A stretch of 63,952 nt of DNA, filler included, from Octopus bimaculoides (lineage: Eukaryota), in the NCBI RefSeq assembly GCF_001194135.2. It is 8 parts of 7 records of this genome, joined end to end, with 100 filler letters (N's around TTAATTAATTAA, not from the genome) between each part and the next. Parts side by side here need not be neighbours in the genome. Positions count along the whole stretch, not along the records: positions 19,797 to 29,591 come from NC_068986.1; positions 29,692 to 39,339 come from NC_068982.1; 6 more parts are not named here. One strand, written 5' to 3'. Shown here piece by piece: positions 26,857 to 38,072 of the stretch. Every line of letters begins with the position of its first letter. Position 1 is the first letter of the stretch. A model generated the notes under the pieces. That model searched no databases. It had not been told where the DNA came from and saw only the letters and a list, made by a program, of their open reading frames with translations. Made by a program: the position numbers and the translations under genes.

Positions 26857-27449
26857 TTTATCTACTACATTCCCTAATTTTGTATATATATATATATATA
26901 TATATATATACANNNNNNNNNNNNNNNNNNNNNNNNNNNNNNNNNNNNNNNNNNNNNNCTGACATCGCATTTTAACAGATACACTCTTTTACTCTTTTAC
27001 TTGTTTCAGTCATTTGACTGATGCCATGCTGGAGCACCGCCTTTAGTCGAGCAAATCGACCCCAAGACTTCTTCTTTGTAAGCCTAGTACTTATTCTATC
27101 GGTCTCTTTTTGCCGAACCGCTAAGTTCCAGGGACGTAAACACATCAGCATCAGTTGTCAAGCGATGGTGGGGGGACAAATGCAGACACACAAACACACA
27201 TACATATATATTTACGACGGGCTTCTTTCAGTTTCCATCTACCAAATCCACTCACAAGGCATTGGTCAGCCCGAGGCTATAGTAGAAGACACTTGCCCAA
27301 GGTGCCACCCAGTGGGACTGAACCCGGAACCATGTGGTTGGTAAGCAAGCTACTTACCACACAGCCACTCCTGCGCCTATGTTTACCAAACTTACATAAA
27401 AATATCTTTAAATAATAAAGAGTAAATTTATTCAATAAAATCGCCATTG

Positions 27450-27600
27450 GCTTCCTTTTTTCAATAAAATCGCCACGGCCTCCAGACGACTTTGCAACCT
27501 CCTGCAACACTACTGGATGCTCTCCTTGTTTAAGTTGGTGAATGCTGCCATAATTGTTGCCTTCAGTTCCTGTTTAGTGTTACAAGGAGTTTTCTGAAGT
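27450..27600 (-). mobile_element. Tc1/mariner (maT/DD37D-like) transposase C-terminal fragment
   Basis: Minus strand reads KTPCNTKQELKATIMAAFTNLNKESIQ*CCRRLQSRLEAV..GDFIE. Confidence 0.75.
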
Positions 27601-28335
27601 AAACAAACTCTTAGAACCAGCTAATATTTCATCAACGAACCACGCACGAACTACATAGGCGTACAAAGGCTGGGCGAGCGTATACGAACGGACGTCTAAA
27701 TACGCAAACACCTTTTTTCTGAACTGACTTCTATTCACCCAATGATCTGAAATTTGAGCAATAAACCACGAGCAGATTATGCACGCTTAGAAATAACTGG
27801 GAGAACGATTACAAGCAGTTCGTTAATGTCTATGTATGCATTTAATGTAGCTTGCGAATTTTCATATTTCATGTAGAAAGCAATATTTCTCATAACTTTT
27901 GCTAAGACATAACCATGGAGACAAAGCCATGAGGAGAAAAGAAACACGCGCGCGCAAACAGGCGCATGCAGACAGCCGCGCACACACGAATGTATGTATT
28001 TATATATATCTGCTATTAAAGGAAGGACAAAGAAAGCACAGTTTCACACTTTTATATGGTGTTTGGATGTGGCTGGGAATAAATTTCCTCTATTTATATG
28101 TATGTTAATTACCCTTGTAACGAACAGTTTGATTAACGAACAATGTTCCGGAACGGCTTATGTTCGTATATAGAGACCTTACTGTATACATTTTGATATA
28201 TTTATGCTCAGAACTGATTTTTGGACAATTTAATATTTAGGGTTTGTGAAATCTGATTTGCAATCACCTGACATAGTGTCATTGAGCGAGTTTATTTTCC
28301 GTTTTACTTTATTTTACTTTTTCCTTTTTTTCCAG

Positions 28336-28544
28336 ATGACCCCCTGTGCAATTCTTATCCTTTCGGCCTCAATCGTGACCCTGCAAATTGCAGAAAGTTC
28401 ATTCCCTGTTTCAATCACACATCATTCCCATCTATGGCCTGCCAGGATAACTTAATTTTCAATGTGCAGCTGCAACGTTGTACAACTCTGGGCACCACAG
28501 CTTGCAATCAAAATAACCCAACCAATAACAACAATAATGTTTAA
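28336..28544 (+). CDS. Coding exon 2 (stop-containing) of the same protein: second CBM14 domain
   Basis: Polypyrimidine acceptor ttttttccAG at 28334-28335. The phase matches exon 1 (A+AT=Asn). It reads DPLCNSYPFGLNRDPANCRKFIPCFNHTSFPSMACQDNLIFNVQLQRCTTLGTTACNQNNPTNNNNNV*, i.e. C-x13-C-x5-C-x10-C-x12-C-x7-C. TAA at 28542-28544 is followed 2 nt later by a GTAAGT donor at 28547. This frame is absent from the ORF track. Confidence 0.85.
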
Positions 28545-28610
28545 ACGTAAGTATTTTTCATATTTTTAAAGACCAAACAAAGCTACGAAAAGGCATATAA
28601 GACAATAATT

Positions 28611-28830
28611 ACGAGGGGATACTGAAAAATACTTGGTTTTGGGTAAAAGAAAAAAACAGGACGATCAGTTAATCATGATTTTATTGAACATATTCCCCTC
28701 TCAGATTCACACACTTATTGCAATGGTCCTTCAGTTTTTCTAAGCCCAGTAAAAGATCTCAAGAGGTTGCATCTCCAGTCAGTCCTTTCGCGAGACCCTT
28801 AAAGCCAGTAAATTTTCAGTACTCCTTCGT
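28611..28830 (+). mobile_element. Mariner-derived end fragment; related pieces at 4137-4260 (+) and 37470-37650 (-)
   Basis: Starts tACGAGGGGATACTGAAAA, a mariner TIR type. Shares ...gtccttcagttttTCTAAGCCC.GTAAAAGAACTCG... with the other two pieces. Confidence 0.55.
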
Positions 28831-29516
28831 AAATAGTTACGATATTAGATATAGCATAACTGATGAGGCCCAATGGGATCAAAATCATAATGTTTCTGTA
28901 GACAGTATGCGCTTTCTTGAGCTAAAGATGAAATATAATAGTTAGAGTGAGGAAAGCCAATGAAATAGATATTAAAATCTACAGTGTGCGACAAAAACCC
29001 TCCAAGGTTTACCATTCTAAATTAAAGTTTTGAGAGTCTAAGCACACTATGCAACAATTCATAAGATCATTGGAACTAAAACAAAACGATAATATATCAG
29101 CTACATAAAAACCACCATTATCATTACTTTTACTTCACTATCATCATGGCAATGGTGATATAAAATGTGGGAGGTTTTTCCGTCGCACCTGTATAATACG
29201 GAGACTAAAGAGATTTGTGACGTCAGGGTAAGGCTGTACATTAAAAGAAATTCATAGTTAACAAAATATCGAAACTAGCTGTGTCTTTTATTTATCAGAA
29301 GTTTATGTTTTTTTTCTTCGACACTTGCCCCAAAATAAATATTTGATTTGTCTTAATGACAAAACCTAGTTAGTCCTGTTGGGTGGAAAAGAAAAAGAAT
29401 TTTCTAGTTCAGTTATTGATGTTGGAGACCTGTCTAATTTATATTACTTTATTTTATATTTCTCTAATGTTTACTTACCTAACGTTATAAATAAAACGTG
29501 TTTGTGTGTTTCTTTG

Positions 29517-29591
<75 letters not shown>

Positions 29592-29841
29592 NNNNNNNNN
29601 NNNNNNNNNNNNNNNNNNNNNNNNNNNNNNNNNNNTTAATTAATTAANNNNNNNNNNNNNNNNNNNNNNNNNNNNNNNNNNNNNNNNNNNNTATTGGAAT
29701 TAACCAAACCCAAGAGGATACAGGTAATACCGAGTAAGTGCTGTATACCGACTAGTTTTGCCCCAGTCGTTGTATGAACAGGATTGGGGATTATAAGTCG
29801 TGTATTAGCGTGTGCATATGTAAATATATAAAAATAAAAAG

Positions 29842-29909
29842 ATAAAGAGAGCAATGGTAAGGTTGGAGAAGTATTAATACTTCTCCAACCTTACCATTGC
29901 TTTCTTTAT
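29842..29909. repeat. Spacer-less palindrome (52-bp perfect core)
   Basis: agcaatggtaaggttggagaagtatt|aatacttctccaaccttaccattgct at 29850-29901, extending to 68 bp with one mismatch. Confidence 0.95.
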
Positions 29910-32423
29910 ATATATATATACATATGTATATATGTAAACATCATATTTTCTGTGTATGAAAACACTATGCAATTCTTTCTGTTTACGTACATTGCACATA
30001 CAATATATTTACATTCATATTCATGTGGACACTTTATCTGATCGGTCCGTTTGCACAGATCTACACAAATAAGAGAATTTTAAATATAATTGGAAACTCG
30101 TTATGTATTTATGCCTGGTATGCAAACGGATTAACTTCATAGTTTTTCTTAATTTTACGCTCGAAAATCCCGTGAAAACCGTATCCGTCAGTTATTTAAT
30201 TATACATAATAATATCTCATCCTCTTCCCATTATAATTTTTGTTCAATTATTGCGTTTAATTAAGTTGAACGGAAACCAATTAATTACCATTGTCTCCTT
30301 AGTTTAGTGCAAAGCATTTCAACCCACAAAGTAGTCAAGAGACTATTACAGCAGAGAGACGAACCTAAATAGGATCCTTCTCGACTGTGTGCACATTCCT
30401 CTCCTATATTTCTTTCTTTCTTTCTTTCTCCTTTTCTCTCTTTCGTTCTTCCTTCTCCTCTTTCTTATTTTCTTTTTTTTTCCCACTTTCTTTCACTTCC
30501 GTTATCTTTTCTCTGTATTCTTTCCTTTCTCTTTTTCACTTTCTTCCTTTCCTTTCTCTTTTTTCTCTATCTCTTTCTTATTTCTTCTTTTTCCCTGTTT
30601 CTTCCTTCTCTTCTCGTCATTCTTTCTTTTCTCTTTCTTTCTCCTCATCCTTCCTTCCTTCCTTCCTTCCTTCCTTCCTTCCTTCCTTCCTTCCTTCCTT
30701 CCTTCAATCCGCCCTCTCCACCAAATCACACCGGTATACCTGTCCCAATATTTGGCTATTGTTTATGTGGTAGTTTTTCTGACCAACTTTAGATAGAACA
30801 GTGGTGCATCACTATCACCACCACCACCACCACTACCACCACCAAAACCACCACTACTACCGCCACTGTCACCACCACCGCCGCCGCCGCCACCACCGCC
30901 ACCACCACAACACCATCACCATTGCAATCAATAACGACAATAGCCACCACCATACCCGTCACTACTACTACTACTGCTACTGCTGCTGCTGCTGCTCTTA
31001 CTACTACTACTACTATACCCCAATCTCCACCAGCAAGGGTAACAGTATAACCCGTAATAGCACCACCAGCACCAACCCTACCCGCATCACCCGACCGACA
31101 TGTAGACTTATTTATGATGAGCTAACAAGAGATGTCTTTGTGTGGTGGTAGCCGAACCTGCTGGAAATATAGCAGCCAAATCACCCTCATATCACAATGT
31201 ACAATATTAAAAAAAAGACAGTCTTAGACAATGTGTGTGATAGAACAAGAAAAGATATCAGATGCGACGGTCACATCTGGAACGTATTTATCATAAATTT
31301 GCCCATTTTGAGTCGACAAGAACAACAACAACAACAACAACTACTACTACTACTACTACTACTACTGAGCTCTTCCATAAATCCACCTTATTGCAGCTAA
31401 ACGAGCGTTTAAAATTACCCCAATTTTTTTTTCTTACTTTTGAAGGGATTTCGGGAGTAAGGGGTTAGAAAAGTAAGATATAACTTTGAACTTATGACCC
31501 AAAGCTAAAAAATAAACAGAAAAGAAAAAATATTAAAAAAGTTGTTTGAAAAACAATAAAAAAAAAAGAAAAAGTTTTTAAAGTAATCCTTCTGAAATTT
31601 GAACCAGCATCCATAGTGTTTGAATAAGAATCAGTTACGCAGCCCGGATAAATACTTTGGTAAACTTAAACATTTTTCCTTTGACAAGCTGAAGTCTTCG
31701 GAAATGGATATGTCATGTGATCTAGCTTAGATCTTTTCACTCTGGTTACATAGAACACCCCCCCCCCCTGACACCCGATCTACTTTCAATTAGCATAGTC
31801 ACATACACCTACCCGCTCTTCTCCCTGTGAATCCCCCCCACCCTCCTCTCCTTATATCCCTGCCTCGTTCTCCCCCGTTTCCTCGTCAAACCATCATGAC
31901 AAAGTCCCTATCACCACCACCACCACCAGTAACAATCTCCACTTGTCTACGCTTCCCTTGTACCACATTATTTTTCTTCCGTTATCCTCCACCACCAGCA
32001 CCGTCACCACCGCCATCAAGATTACTACTACTACTACTACTTATATCAAATATTATTACTACTACCGCTACCTCTACTACCATCATCAACATCACAACTA
32101 TCACCACCGCCGTCACCAACTTAAGCACTTGCAGTACTACAGACACCACCAGCACCACCACCATTACCATCAGACAGCTGACATAGTCATCCGACTTGCT
32201 AGAAATAGCAGCCAATATATATATTCCGTTTGTTTCTTTCGTTGTTCGCAAAAAAAGTTCGTATTCCAAGTTTTCGTATTTTGTATTTCATGTTGTTTTC
32301 GTATTTTATGTTTATTTTATGTTGTTTACGCTGTGTGGTGTTCTGTGCCCATATATGCATGTATATACAAACATATGTAAGTACATATATATGTGTATGC
32401 ATGCATGTATATTTATATATATA

Positions 32424-32733
32424 TGTAAATAATATGTGACAATTATTCGATAGCCATGATAAAACTCCGAGTTTCGGATGCCGGGGAGGAAACCCACGCC
32501 GCCATCGAGGAATCGCCAGAAATCGGTTGAGGACTCTGCTCCGCAGAAGAATTCAATATGGACGCCTACTACATCGATTATTCTATGAAAAACATACCTA
32601 TACTATCAAGGGAACTATACTCTAAGAAACTTTTGGAGAAAATTACAAAAAAGCATTCTTCGATGGCCAGACAACTGAAGAGATGGCGGCGTGGGTTTCC
32701 GCCCCCGGCATCCGAAACTCGGAGTTTTATCAT
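32424..32733. mobile_element. Second copy of the hammerhead foldback family, with a longer spacer and a near-intact + strand hammerhead
   Basis: Shares the terminus tatgtgaca.ttattcg.tagccatgataaaa with 50621. Inverted arms of ~50 bp. CUGAAGA at 32675-32681, GAAA at 32714-32717, helix III ACUC-G-GAGU, GUU triplet ending at 32726. Confidence 0.7.
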
Positions 32734-33221
32734 ATATGCAAATAATCAGAAAACGGAGAAAATATGACATTAACAAACACATCGATTGGACCACACTTAT
32801 AGTTTAATTTTTAATACGAACCATATATTAGGTGACGTAACATCTCTTACGGCCGTTTCTGATCCGTTGCCAAAATGGTGTCTATAAATAAACGCGAGAA
32901 TAAAGTTCTTAATCTTTATAAGACATTCGAATTAAGGCACGTAGGTTCATCAGAGTGAAAAACAAGAGCATACAAAGGGAAGAAGAAAAAGGAAAGAAGA
33001 CATGGCCTAGAAATAAAGTCTAGAAGTTCAATATGTTAAAAACATATAAGTTACCATCTAGGGGCTACGAGGTCCTTAGGTAAAAGAGTGATCTAGTAAT
33101 GGTCTAGGGAATACTACAATGTATTAACGGGTAGATGCAATACAGATATTTTATCCCTTAGTCGGTTATTATAACCGCTAACTCTGTTTACGCTATATAT
33201 ATATATATATATACATACATA

Positions 33222-33253
<32 letters not shown>

Positions 33254-35412
33254 TGTGGATACGTATATACCAAGATATATGTATATATATGCGCGAGTAC
33301 TGATATAGGTGTACACAGACACATACACACGCACACATCTGGTGCGCCACATACATACATAAATAAACGTACGTACATATTGGGTTGTTATATTAGACTA
33401 TGTCCAGTTATATTATGTTTTTGTAATCTCTTCATTTTTCTATCATGTATGTATTATTTATGGTTTATTTATCATGTCTTACACATTTATTTATTTAAAC
33501 ATTAATCTTTATTTTCCATTCAGTTAGTTACTTTTAATGTTTCTTTTTTTACAACATACCATTCAATATAGTTTCTTGTTCTATTTTTTATGCATATGTG
33601 TGTATATGTATATACATACATATTTGCATACATATATACGTATGCGTATAGATATACATACACACTCATATGTATATAGGTGTGTGTGTATATATACCGC
33701 ACCCATATATATATATATACATGCATACATGCACACGCACACATATATAATCTTTTCTACTCTAGGCAGAATGTCCGAAATTTTGGGGGAGGGGGGACAG
33801 TCGATTAGATCGACCCTAATACGCGACTGGTACTTAATTTATCGACACCAAAAGGATGACAAGCAAAGTCAACCTCGGCGGAATTTGTCAGACGAAATAC
33901 TGCTAAGCATTTCGCCCGGCGTGCTAACGTTTTTGGATCTACGTCAGGAATCCTGCAGTATTCCTTGAATTTATAATGAATGAGGGAAACGGAAAATGGA
34001 TTTAATTTGGAAAACAGAAACTGTGTGGAAGCTTATTGTATAATACATATACAATTTTCCCTTGTTATATAGCATCTATTAATGACTAATTAAGCGACTA
34101 TGATGGGATGGGAACCAAGGACAGCTAAAATTACGAACAGATAAGTTAGTATCCTGCTGGGGTAATAAGCTGACCCTACATCCTTTGGCGAAAAACGTTT
34201 ATAGACAGAAAGCGATAAGAAATTCTTCAACATTTATTACTTTAGTGTGTTAATCTATCTTCGTAAAAGGCGAGACATGGTTATGCAAAACAAAAGACTG
34301 AATATGAGGTTTTGTCAATTTATATTTAATACTATTGATATTTTTGGTTTCCATTGATTAAAATTGGTCTATTTATTGTTTGATTTACATTTTTGATTTT
34401 TACTTCCATTAATTTTTTCGATATTTTTTATGTCTCTTTGAATCTGCGTGTTGCTCTTTATCAAGAGAATGTTAAAAATAAAATGTGGGTATAAAACAAT
34501 GGGAAACTATAGGTGATCCTGCAGTGCTTTCAAAGTCATTCACCTGATGACGTGCGAGTATACAACTGTTGTTGGATTATATTCATGTAATATTTATATA
34601 ATAATATGTATATATATGAAACACTTAACAGCTAACAGCTGTTGCTAATGCACAAGAACAATTATTGGATTTGGATTAAAGTCTGTTTAATCCATCTTCT
34701 CGTATTATAAATAACACGCACACACTCGAGAATATCAGAAGTTAAAAAGTATGTAAAGACTACGCATGTTTCACAGCTACTTGTGCTGTAGCTTAATTGG
34801 CGAACCATTTACATTACTCGACGTGACGACGTAAGCAACTCGCAGGTAATCGGACCTGAGGATTAGCTAAACGGGTTTTGTGCATGTTACAAATTTTGTA
34901 ACAGTATTTAGCTTTGAAGCATATGTAGTCTTTATTTGCCTTTTCCATTCCTTGCTTTCTCGGACGTTTATTAACATATTTAGCAATTTCCGTTGCTAAA
35001 CTGTGAGTTATATAGTGACTGTCAACTGATAGAAATTTCCATGGATTTCGATGTGGGACATAGTGCAATACGATGGTTATTAAACTCTTTCTATCGTTTA
35101 TCGTAGATTGGTCACTTCTTGGCGCTTATAATAGATGCTTGAACCTAAGTTCTTATACCAGGATCTTTCAGATTGCACCCTACAGCTTGTCCCCGCCCAC
35201 TGCAACCTACAGCTTGTCCCCGCCCACTGCTTGACAAATAGTGTTGGTTTATTGACGTGCCCGTAATTAGCAGTTCAGTAAAAGAAACCGATAAAATAAG
35301 TACAAAACTGAAAATAGATATTCTGGTGTTGATTTGTTTGATTAAACCCTTTAAATTGTTGCTCCAGCATGACTGTAGTTTTATGACTGAAACAAGCAAA
35401 ACGTAAAGACCA

Positions 35413-35447
<35 letters not shown>

Positions 35448-35828
35448 CCACACCCACATACATACTCTCTTATACACATGCACGCGCACCTTCGTTTTGG
35501 GATCACCACTAGTTTATTATCTCTCCTTCTTCCTAGCTCTCCTGTATGACCCTTCTGTCCGGCATTCACCATGATAGATCGCTAGCCACTACACATTCTT
35601 TATTTTCTTTCCTTGTTTCTTTCTGTGTTCCTTTCTGTGGAAGGGTGTAGGCTCGAAACGTTAAAAACTTCTTCACTTCCCCGACCGTTAAACTAATACA
35701 TCTGTTTGTTGTCTACACCACCTGTCTTTGTCTTTTGTTTTTTGTTTTTTGTGAATTCTCCCTATATATATATATATATATATATATTGGAAAATGTGTG
35801 AAATCCTTGGTACAGTTAGGTATATTTG

Positions 35829-35974
35829 AAAAAAAGAAAAAGAATGACATCACTGGTAGTTCTAATCAGTTTAATTTATTAGTTTTTAGTAAAATTTATA
35901 TCATTAAAAAAATTAAAAAATAATAAATTAAACTGATTAGAACTGTTAGTGAAGTCATTCTTTTTCTTTTTTCA
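35829..35974. repeat. Inverted repeat with ~50-bp arms (MITE-like hairpin)
   Basis: gaaaaagaatgacatcactggtagttctaatcagtttaatttatt versus aataaattaaactgattagaactgttagtgaagtcattctttttc. Confidence 0.85.
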
Positions 35975-36432
35975 TATATATATATATATATATATAGTTC
36001 AAATTTACAACAAAAAAAGAAAAGAGACGAAGATAGGTTTAAGAACAACAAGCAGGTGTATTAGTTTAATGCTCGAGAAAAATGGAAAAGTCTTTTACAT
36101 TTCGAGCCTACGTTCTTTGAAAGAAAGGAATGAGGAAAAAATAGAGAGAGAACGAAAAAAAAACGGTGAGAGAAAAAGTGTGTAGAGTTCATCGATCTAA
36201 CATGGCGGGATGACTAGAAAAGAAGGGGTTGAATAAAAATGAAATAATAATTTTTAAAAGTGGTTGAGTGAAAGGAAGATAATTATGGTGATCCCAATGA
36301 ACTAAGGTGCGCAAGTATGTCTAGTAGTATGCCAATTAAAGTACTTTCACCGTTTAAGCTACCTGATGTTATCAACAGTTATGATATAATTGTCAGTGGA
36401 TCTACGTCAGGAATCCCGCAGTATTTCTTGAA

Positions 36433-36857
36433 TTTATAATGAATGAGGGAAACGGAAAATGGTTTTAGCAAGAATCTTTATTCAACACGACGATCATTTC
36501 GACCCATCCGGTATGTGTCCCTTACGGGTGGAGTATTGTACAGCTAGTGGTGTTACATCCATCAACGCAGGCTGTTTCGTCAGGTGTACCATTTAAATAC
36601 GATACTTCACTACATATACTGAGTTTCGCTTGGCCCGTAATATGTTGGCTACACTCACAGACGAAACTCAGTATATGTAGTGAGGCATCGTACTTAAACT
36701 AGACACCTGATGAAACACAGCCTGCATTGACGGATGCAACACAACTAACTGTACAATACCTCACTCGTAAGGGACAGATGCAAGACGGAGTCGAAATGAT
36801 CGTCGTGTTGAATAAAGATTCTTACTAAATCCATTTTCCGTTTCCCTCATGCATTAT
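36433..36857. repeat. Long imperfect inverted repeat (~195-bp arms, ~33-nt loop) with hammerhead-like half motifs in each arm
   Basis: Arm 36433-36628 is the reverse complement of 36660-36857, with mostly transition mismatches. The left flank and arm start (36397-36466) are directly repeated at 33936-34003. Confidence 0.85.
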
Positions 36858-37976
36858 ATATATATATATATGAATTATTGATTTCTAAATTAAAAAATAA
36901 ATGTATTGAAAATATATATGATATGGCTATATGTTGTATTTTATATTTCTTAATTATTTTAATTATCTAAAATTTATTAAATCTAATATACGAATGTATT
37001 AAAAAACGGCCATTACTTAAACCTTTCTGGTTCAATGGTCTCATTAATCCACAATGGTATCAGAATTTCACAATTACTTCTTCGAATTAATTCGACCCAG
37101 TTTCTTCTTGAACTTAGTATTCTAATAATTCGTCAAACACGAAAAGCATTATTAATCCATTAATTATGATTTTAATTGAACTATACTTATACGTCAGTTT
37201 CTTAATTTAAGTCTGTAAGTACATTTTATCCGAACGACAAACAGTTTGAAATAAAGTTATAGGATTAATTATGCGAACATTTCGACTTTAAACTAATGGA
37301 AACTTCTATAATTACAAGCATTTAATTAAATTACAATTATAATTATAGGCCTTTTTAATCTCAGAATCATGAGAAAAAATTAGTCAGTTTTTAAATGATT
37401 AACTCAACTATATTAAAAACTGTTATATTTTTGTCTTTGTTTTTAATAAACATTGTATTGTGAATTACTCCACTACGATCTTTTACTATTAAAGAAATGT
37501 CGAATTTTTTCTTTAAATAATGGCATATGAGGGAATGCTGAGAAGTTCCTGGTTTGAAGGGTATCGCGAAAGGCCTGGTTGGACGCCCAGCCTTCCGAGT
37601 TCTTTTATAGGGCTTAGAAAAACTGATGGATCGCTGCACTTATTTTGTAATTTTTGAAAAAACAAGGGGGAATTCGCGGCAGTGAACAAATTAAGCATAC
37701 TACCCAGCAGTGGCTAAAACGCGAACCCAACAAGTTTATACATAAATTTTCTTTTTATATGTTTGTTTCCTTTTACACAATATTAAAACAACGGTTAAAA
37801 TTTTTCTGAAGCAGCACCGCCAATAATTTTATCTATGAGCTGCCACTAAATCGGAGGCCTGGCTCGATGCTTTACAACTGAGTGGACACCACTGATGACA
37901 CCCGAGGGGTCAGAGCTGATGGTGCTGTTAAACTGGAAAACAGATCAAGGCTACTTACTGTCTATACACACGCGCA

Positions 37977-38072
<96 letters not shown>

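Noticed and set aside
34814-35068. 84-aa minus-strand ORF with C-x-x-x-C-x-x-H-like residues
   Set aside because: Non-ATG start, weak splice sites and no family recognised.
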